The notes under the pieces are model-generated. The model was not told the origin of the DNA, did no database searches, and saw only the letters and a program-made list of their open reading frames with translations. Shown in pieces: positions 29,135 through 36,145 of a stretch of DNA of 64,000 nucleotides. The DNA lies in the NCBI GenBank assembly GCA_964445695.1, contig CAYULF010000023.1, positions 20,732 to 84,731 on the forward strand, written 5' to 3'. The DNA comes from an uncultured Hyphomicrobiales bacterium (lineage in GTDB: Bacteria; Bacteroidota; Ignavibacteria; Kapaibacteriales; UBA7675). How positions within the stretch are numbered: the stretch's first letter is position 1; every line of letters starts with the position of its first letter. The position numbers and the translations under genes are program-made.

Positions 29135-30778
29135 TCAAAGAGAGGCAAAATAGGTCGCCAGGTTGGTCCCCGGTGTCAGGAGGAGTTTCTTGCGAATGTG
29201 CCTGCGGTGTGTGTTGATTGTTGTGACGGAATTAACCAGAAGTTCGGCGACTTCCTTCGATTGCAGTCCACTGGCAATCAGCAGGCAGATCCGGATTTCA
29301 GTTGCCGTGAGATCGGATGCTATGTTCAACAATTTATGTTTAAGACCTGCGAGGAATGCGTAGCTTTCTTCCGTCAGGTTGTCAGTATCCACCTTGCCGT
29401 TTCTGCGGCCGTTTTGGCCGTTTTGATTGACGGAGCCGTTGGCGACGCTGCCCGACGAGCTGACTTTGTTCAGAATCTGGAGTATCGTTGGGTCCCCCAT
29501 TTGCACCGGCAGTTTAGCGCTGTCCTGCTTGTTCTGCTGCATGGAGGACAAAGCTGTTATTCGTTGTTGCAGCTCTGGAATGCCGGGAGTGTGCCATACC
29601 TGCGATGCGATTTTATGATACTGCAGCGCGCGGTCGTAATTCCCGCATTGTTCTTCGAGCTCGCACAGGCGCTGACATGCTGCGGCCTGTTTACAGCGCA
29701 ATCCCGCGGCTACGGCAACATCCATCATATGTGAAAAATATTCCCGTGCAGCAGCGCTGTTTCCATTCTGTTGTTGGATTACTCCGAGTTGCTCCAGGCA
29801 TTCTGCCTTGACATTGTTGCGGAAGAGGTCGTCTCTGGAAGAATCAAGGAGATGGTCGAGCATGTGTTTTGCCGTGTCCTGCTCATTGAGTTCAATATGG
29901 ATGCGCGCCTTTAACATAGTGTTAAGTCCCGCAAGGTCCTGCAGATCGCAGGCGTTCGCCAGTGCAATTGACTTGTTAACGCATTGCAGCGCTTTCCCCA
30001 TTTGTCCGATCTCATAGTGCAAATTCCCGATCGCATTGAGCGTAATTGCCAGCGGAATCTGCAAGTTTCCCTTCCGGGCCAGGGTCATGCTCTTCTGAAA
30101 ACTTTGCATGGCTTCTCTGGTGCGATGCAAACTCTGATATACGAGGCCGAGACTGTGGTACAACTTGCAATCCCTGTCATTTAGCGGATGCCGGTCCGCG
30201 CAGCGTTTCTGCCGCAGACTGTACATTAAACAGATGTCATAGTTGCCCTGTTGATAATGTATCAGGGAAAGTATATGGAGCGCTTGATATATCACCTTGT
30301 CATCCAGGTCGTTTTCGTGGGCAAGACTTATTGCTTGTTCAGCATATGCAATTGCCTCGTCAACCCGTCCGTGCATATCCGAGTTCACCGCTATATGCCC
30401 CAGGTACCAACAGCGGTCTTCGACCCGGTCAAGTTGACTGTAGAGTGCGCGACAACATTCGACGTAGTATTCCATCCGGGGAATATCGTTAAGGTAGTGG
30501 CAGGCAATCGAACACATGAACAGAACGCGTATTCGCTGGATCGCATCCAGGGTGATTATGTGAGCCTCGGCCTGTTTCAGCAATGATTCACCGTCGCGAA
30601 CAACGCGCTTGGGATCCGTATACAGGTGTTTGCCCAACGTCTTGACTGTCACAGTGTTTTCCACGCTTTGCAACTGTATGTATCCGGCTTCTTTCGTTGG
30701 TGTTTGCATCTGGATTTGTTGAATGATGGCTCTGCACTCTGCAGAAAGTGTGCTAAAAAAATCAGGTGATGCTGACAT
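29135..30778 (-). CDS. TPR-repeat protein with C-terminal LuxR-type HTH
   Basis: TPR-like helices; LTATEIRICLLIASGLQSKEVAELL..S..TINTHRRHIRKKL. Confidence 0.88.
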   Translation of the reverse strand: MSASPDFFSTLSAECRAIIQQIQMQTPTKEAGYIQLQSVENTVTVKTLGKHLYTDPKRVVRDGESLLKQAEAHIITLDAIQRIRVLFMCSIACHYLNDIPRMEYYVECCRALYSQLDRVEDRCWYLGHIAVNSDMHGRVDEAIAYAEQAISLAHENDLDDKVIYQALHILSLIHYQQGNYDICLMYSLRQKRCADRHPLNDRDCKLYHSLGLVYQSLHRTREAMQSFQKSMTLARKGNLQIPLAITLNAIGNLHYEIGQMGKALQCVNKSIALANACDLQDLAGLNTMLKARIHIELNEQDTAKHMLDHLLDSSRDDLFRNNVKAECLEQLGVIQQQNGNSAAAREYFSHMMDVAVAAGLRCKQAAACQRLCELEEQCGNYDRALQYHKIASQVWHTPGIPELQQRITALSSMQQNKQDSAKLPVQMGDPTILQILNKVSSSGSVANGSVNQNGQNGRRNGKVDTDNLTEESYAFLAGLKHKLLNIASDLTATEIRICLLIASGLQSKEVAELLVNSVTTINTHRRHIRKKLLLTPGTNLATYFASL

Positions 30779-31106
30779 GTCACATCACCGGAAGCTCTGA
30801 CTTTCAGCAGCTAGACTTTGTGGATCTTTATTGCACCGACTCAGGCGTCTCCACCGCTGCGTATGGTTCAGACTTCGCGGTAAAATATAGGTAGTTGCTG
30901 CCAAATAGACCATGACTTCTCAGTGTGATGTTTCTTCAGCGTGCTTGCAGACTGCGGCGTGAAGCGAGCGCAACGCTGAATTCGCTGTATGCGCGGATGC
31001 CCTTGATATCACTGATGGAGCAACGCTGAACTGAATGCGCTCGGCACCGGGAATCCTCCGGCGCCACATTTTCAGATTGATGCACTCCCAACCCGACTTA
31101 ACCATT

Positions 31107-31535
31107 CGCATGATTGCAGCGCCTGTTCCAGGCTTGCTTTATGATAATTGTGTTTGTCGGCGGGAGTTCAGTTGGAAAGGCGGAAGCCGGTGTTGCGTCC
31201 GTTCACCGTTGAATAGAGCACGTTCAACTACAATCTGGCTGTCGTTCAGTTTTTTGTGCCTGGAAAGTTTGCGGTTTCGACGTAGACTGGCACATGTCAC
31301 GGAGCGCCGCATGCAACGCGCCGCGGCATATCGGACTGACGTTTGCCTCGAAAAAAATCTGCACTGGTTGCAGGGTGGGAGGAGTGCGTCTGGACGTGGT
31401 GGAAACTCGCGGTGGCGGCGGGGCGGGCGATGGGGCAGGCGGGCCCCTTGATCACCCAAAACTGCATCCCAACCTTTCGGCATGCCCGTTCAACATCCAA
31501 AACCGCCCGCTAACTCGACGAACCAGCCCGTTCAC
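31107..31535. repeat. Dispersed non-coding element, copy 3
   Basis: Core 31276..31455; 31107-31460 nearly identical to 33196-33549. Confidence 0.92.
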
Positions 31536-31661
31536 GCGCCGACTCACAAAGCACCGAGCAGATCACCGCAAAATTGTTGCGCGTCCTCCAAACGCCTCGT
31601 TGAATCGTTGAACGCAATACAATGTCGCACTCGAAACCTGGTCGTGCGACACTGCGTGACA

Positions 31662-31705
31662 AACAAAAACGGATTAAAAAGGGCGCATGCGCAGCACAGC
31701 CCGCA
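31662..31705 (-). terminator. Terminator-like hairpin downstream of lipoprotein 2
   Basis: Homologous to 18168-18210; T-run follows on the minus strand. Confidence 0.55.
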
Positions 31706-31722
31706 ATCATCGTCGGGGAGCA

Positions 31723-33081
31723 TCATTGCGGCCGTTCCAATCGAAGTGTCAATTTTGAGCTGTCCGTTGCAATCACCCTCTCCTGCACTGTATTGACAAA
31801 TTTGTCGATGGTGTTGCCGCTCCAGGTTTCCTCTCGCCGGCTGTATCTGCTGTAGCGAATCCGGACAATATCCTCCAGCTGTGATCCGCGAAGTTCAAAA
31901 TGCGCATTGTAGAATCCGGTGACGGAGCTCAGGTCGATGGAAATGTCCAACTCGCTGCGGCTCTTTGATCTTGTGTGGTTACCGCAATATGGAGAATCAG
32001 AAATTTCCCGGTAGACAGCCAGCTTTGGTGTATCTGTCCCGGGATAAAACACAATTATAAGGCGGGATTCAAAACTGTATTCGGTTGAAGGAACAAATCG
32101 CGTTGTTAACCTGATCAGAGTATCTCCGTTTTGCACGACGCGTTTTTTGTCGAAGAGCCAGTAAACATCGCAATTTTCTCGTTGTTCCGGTTTGATGGTT
32201 CGGCTTAAGGGGATGAGACCTTCGGCAGTGCCAACAATCGTGGTATCGGCGGTCACCCCTGCAACAGCGCTGTAAAACGCGCTGTCGACCGCGCGCGCAA
32301 ACATTTCGACATCTGTCAAACTGAATTCCATATCCCCCCAGCAACGCTTGCTGCGTGTGTAAACACTGTCGGAAATAAACAGCTCTTCGCCGTCAGCTGA
32401 AGTAATGCGAAACCGACCTGATTTGAAATCAACAGGTACTTTGAATCCCCTTGCCGGGATCGAGTAGTCATCCTCCAGTCCAATGCTGTACTCGCCGAGA
32501 AAGTACCTCAGTATCCCGTAATTGGGGTATTTTCCATCCGCGGAAGTGATAAGGTCGCAGGGACAAATGTTAAACGGCCCATCAAGCAAAATCTGGCTTG
32601 CTCGTTTAAGATCGACCTCGCAGTCGTCCGGTATCTCGAGCTGCCACGAAGTGATTGCTTCGTTGCTTTTGCCAAAAAGCTGGATAGTGCCGTGTTTAAT
32701 CTGCCATGGCACGGTTGCCGTAAACTGCGTCTCCGAAATACGGTAGGCCTTCGTCGGGATGCCGCCGATTTTCAGTCCCAGTTCCGCTGAGAGCAGCGGG
32801 AATCCCGTTCCGTGCACTATTATTTGTTGCCGCGGGCAAATCGAGCTTGCATCGACGCTTTCGATTGTCATCGTGGGTTTAACTACGACGGTGTCTCGCT
32901 GCGCGCCTGTATCCACCGGCGTTGTGTCGAGGAGTGTTGTGTCGGCGCCGGTTGTATCCGCCGGAAGTGTGTCAATGTTAACTTTTTCTGCCGGGTTATG
33001 TTTAACCGGATTGTCGTCGTCGCTGCACGCTCCAACAATTACTACCACGCATATTGTCAAGAGGATAGTCAGGCTTTGCAT
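31723..33081 (-). CDS. Lipoprotein with IPT/TIG-like domains (paralog 2)
   Basis: Lipobox VGAC-SDDD; DT-rich linker; SICPRQQIIVHGTGF; C-terminal half aligns with 18246-19268. Confidence 0.75.
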   Translation of the reverse strand: MQSLTILLTICVVVIVGACSDDDNPVKHNPAEKVNIDTLPADTTGADTTLLDTTPVDTGAQRDTVVVKPTMTIESVDASSICPRQQIIVHGTGFPLLSAELGLKIGGIPTKAYRISETQFTATVPWQIKHGTIQLFGKSNEAITSWQLEIPDDCEVDLKRASQILLDGPFNICPCDLITSADGKYPNYGILRYFLGEYSIGLEDDYSIPARGFKVPVDFKSGRFRITSADGEELFISDSVYTRSKRCWGDMEFSLTDVEMFARAVDSAFYSAVAGVTADTTIVGTAEGLIPLSRTIKPEQRENCDVYWLFDKKRVVQNGDTLIRLTTRFVPSTEYSFESRLIIVFYPGTDTPKLAVYREISDSPYCGNHTRSKSRSELDISIDLSSVTGFYNAHFELRGSQLEDIVRIRYSRYSRREETWSGNTIDKFVNTVQERVIATDSSKLTLRLERPQ

Positions 33082-33157
33082 CGTGTACTCTCAGTTTTGG
33101 TCAGGTGATTCATGCTATTTGTACTATTACAATGTAGCGTCGCCCGGCGCAAACGCA

Positions 33158-33178
33158 CTACTGCATTTCTACTGCATT
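33158..33178. promoter_or_regulatory. Tandem TACTGCATT direct repeat upstream of lipoprotein 2
   Basis: CTACTGCATTTCTACTGCATT. Confidence 0.55.
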
Positions 33179-33195
33179 GTGGTTTTTGCGGCATG

Positions 33196-33623
33196 CGCAT
33201 GATTGCAGCGCCTGTTCCAGGCTCGCTTTATGATGATTGTGTTTGTCGGCGGGAGTTCAGTTGGAAAGGCGGAAGCCGGTGTTGCGTCCGTTCACCGTTG
33301 AATAGAGCACGTTCAACTACAATCTGGCTGTCGTTCAGTTTTTTGTGCCTGGAAAGTTTGCGGTTTCGACGTAGACTGGCACATGTCACGGAGCGCCGCA
33401 TGCAACGCGCCGCGGCATATCGGACTGACGTTTGCCTCGAAAAAAATCTGCACTGGTTGCAGGGTGGGAGGAGTGCGTCTGGACGTGGTGGAAACTCGCG
33501 GTGGCGGCGGGGCGGGCGATGGGGCAGGCGGGCCCCTAGATCACCCAAAGCTGCGCCCAAAAATTCTGAACACCCCGTTCATCGCATGAAACAGCTCGTT
33601 AACTCATCAAGTCATCCCGGTTC
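33196..33623. repeat. Dispersed non-coding element, copy 4
   Basis: Core 33365..33544; lies just downstream of the rnr stop. Confidence 0.92.
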
Positions 33624-33705
33624 TGCGGTGTCTGGCCGAGAGCACAAAACATCAGTCAGAAATTTTCCTGCAAGTTGTTTAATGCCGGCAAAACAACACC
33701 GCGCC

Positions 33706-36030
33706 TCAGCGCTTCTTCCGTCCCTTGGACTTGCTCCTGCCGCGCGAGCCAGAACTTCGCTTGCCGCCGCCCGCATGTGAGCGCCCGCCGCGCCGCCGTC
33801 CGCTGCGCCCGCCGGGCGTGCGTCCCTCGCGTTTTTCCACTTGCGCCAGCAGCTTGCGCGCTTCGTCCATGTCGACTTCGCTCTCCGCGTCGTCGGGAAC
33901 GCCTTTGTAGGTGAAGTCGATCTCGCGCTTTTCGACGTTGACGCGTGCCACCTGGATACGCATGCGCGTGCCGATGCGGTAGATGCGCCCGCGGCGCTTG
34001 CCGATGAGTGAGAAGCGCTTCTCGTCAAAGAAATAGAAGTCGTCGTCAAGATCGCGAACGCGCAGCAGTCCCTCGGCGTAGATGTCGTCGATCATCACGA
34101 ACAGGCCGAAGTTCGTCACGCCCGTGACCGTCCCGTCAAAGATTTCACCCAGTTTGCTCTGCGCGATCGCCACCTGCGTCAGTTTAATCGAAGCGCGCTC
34201 GGCTTCCACAGCCACCTGCTCGCGCGCGCTGCACTGATCCGATATCAGATCCATCGCCTCGTAGAGTTTGCCCAGGCGCTCCGTGGCGGGAATGCCGTGA
34301 CTGTACTCTTTTAACAGTCGGTGAACGATCAGGTCGGGGTAGCGGCGAATCGGCGAGGTGAAGTGTGAGTAGTCCGCAAAGCCCAGACCGTAGTGACCGA
34401 TATTGTAGTCGGAATACACCGCCTTCGCCATCGAGCGCAGCATGATCTGATTGATCGCGCTGTATTCGCGGCGGTCCTTGCACGAGCGAATAATTTTGTT
34501 GACGTCGCGCGATGTTAACTTTTTATCCGGCACGTCCACGCCCAGCGTACGCACCAGCTCCATCGCGTCGGCCATCTTGGCCTTGTCCGGTTCGTCGTGG
34601 ATGCGATAGATAAACGGCAGCAGGCGTTTTTTCTTAACCGGCCCCGGCGAGATCTGTTTAACATGCGTCGCCACCGTCTGGTTGGCCATCAGCATGCATT
34701 CTTCCACAAGGGACGTGGCGTCTGTGCGGCTCTTGAGTTTGGCGGAAACCGGTTGTTTGTTCTCGTCCAGGCTGAACTTGATCTCGCGTGTGTCGAAATC
34801 GATGCCGCCGCGTGCGTAGCGCTTTTTGCGCAGTGTTTCCGCCAGGCCGTGCAGGCGCATGATCAGTTCGTTGTACTTGTGCGTCGCCTTGCCTTCGATG
34901 ATGTCCTGCACTTCTTCGTACGTGAAGCGCTTCTTGCTGCGGATCACCGTCTCGCGGATCTCGTAGTTGCGCACCGCGCCGCGCGCCGAAATATCCATGA
35001 AAACCGAATAAGCCAGGCGATTGCGGTTGGGCATCAGCGAACAGATGTTGTTCGACAATGTCTCCGGCAGCATCGGAATCACGCCGTCCACCAGGTAAAC
35101 GCTGTTGCCGCGTTTGAGCGCTTCTTTGTCCAGCTGCGAATTTTTACTGACGTAGTGACTCACGTCCGCGATGTGTACGCCCAGGCGGACGACGCCGTCT
35201 TCCAGCGTCTCCAGCGAGAGCGCGTCGTCAAAGTCGCGCGCGTCCACCGGGTCGATCGTGATGATGTCCGCGTCGCGCATGTCCAGACGACGCTGGATCT
35301 CCGCCGGAGCGACGCGTTTGGCGACTTCTTCGGCTTCCGCCTCAATCTCCGGCTTGAAGTTCGGATCCAGGTGGAATTCGCGCGCAATCGACGCAAACTC
35401 CACGCCCGCCTGTCCGGCGCGGCCCAGCACTTCAACAATTTCTGCTTCGGGGCTTTTATAGGGATCGTCCCAACGCAACAGGCGGCCGACGATTTTATCG
35501 CCGTCCTTGGCGCCTTTTAAATGTTTCGGGTGTATCAGGAAGTCGACGTGAACGTGTTCGTCGTCGGGAATCAAAAAGTTAAAATCGCCGTTGCAGTCCA
35601 GTTTGCCGACGTAGTTGGTGTGGCTGCGTTTGTTGACGCGTATAATCTCGCCGTTCGGTTTTTCATCGCGGTCGAAGGCCTGCAGTTTAACGCGCACGTC
35701 GTCGCCGTGCATCGCCGTCCACAGATAGGGGCGTTTAACATGAACCTTGGGAAAGTTAACAGAATTGGTGTAGACGACGCCGTTGAAGCCGTGAATCTCA
35801 AGTCGTCCGTCAAAAGTTGTTTCCGTCTGACCGGAGAGGCCGTAGCGCCGTCGCGTCGAACGGTAGATCACGCCTTCTTCCACCATCGCGTTCAGCGTCT
35901 CGCGCAGTTGTTGGTATTCTTCGCTGTCGGAAGGCAGTTGCAGAAATTGCGACAGTTCGTTCAGTCGCATTGTTTCGGGAAAACGTTGTTTTAGTTGGGA
36001 CAGAATGTCCTCGCGCATCTTTGCGCTCAT
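33706..36030 (-). CDS. rnr: Ribonuclease R
   Basis: TIDPVDARDFDDA, VHIADVSHYV, RGNSVY, HFTSPIRRYPDL, S1 domain, basic tail. Confidence 0.96.
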   Translation of the reverse strand: MSAKMREDILSQLKQRFPETMRLNELSQFLQLPSDSEEYQQLRETLNAMVEEGVIYRSTRRRYGLSGQTETTFDGRLEIHGFNGVVYTNSVNFPKVHVKRPYLWTAMHGDDVRVKLQAFDRDEKPNGEIIRVNKRSHTNYVGKLDCNGDFNFLIPDDEHVHVDFLIHPKHLKGAKDGDKIVGRLLRWDDPYKSPEAEIVEVLGRAGQAGVEFASIAREFHLDPNFKPEIEAEAEEVAKRVAPAEIQRRLDMRDADIITIDPVDARDFDDALSLETLEDGVVRLGVHIADVSHYVSKNSQLDKEALKRGNSVYLVDGVIPMLPETLSNNICSLMPNRNRLAYSVFMDISARGAVRNYEIRETVIRSKKRFTYEEVQDIIEGKATHKYNELIMRLHGLAETLRKKRYARGGIDFDTREIKFSLDENKQPVSAKLKSRTDATSLVEECMLMANQTVATHVKQISPGPVKKKRLLPFIYRIHDEPDKAKMADAMELVRTLGVDVPDKKLTSRDVNKIIRSCKDRREYSAINQIMLRSMAKAVYSDYNIGHYGLGFADYSHFTSPIRRYPDLIVHRLLKEYSHGIPATERLGKLYEAMDLISDQCSAREQVAVEAERASIKLTQVAIAQSKLGEIFDGTVTGVTNFGLFVMIDDIYAEGLLRVRDLDDDFYFFDEKRFSLIGKRRGRIYRIGTRMRIQVARVNVEKREIDFTYKGVPDDAESEVDMDEARKLLAQVEKREGRTPGGRSGRRRGGRSHAGGGKRSSGSRGRSKSKGRKKR

Positions 36031-36145
36031 AAGCAAATCCTTGTAATAGGCGGGAAGGTAAACGAGCGGAATGCAGGTGCACCCGCTTTTGTCGTGGTGT
36101 GGGGAGGCTGCCGGTCCGTCGCGCACCTGCTGTTTGTACTGCACA

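Noticed and set aside
15656-33623. Element as CRISPR array, attC site or classical IS/MITE
   Set aside because: Units are over 400 bp and kilobases apart; there is no spacer structure, no clear attC RYYYAAC..GTTRRRY boundary, no terminal inverted repeat or target duplication, and no cas, integrase or transposase in the window.
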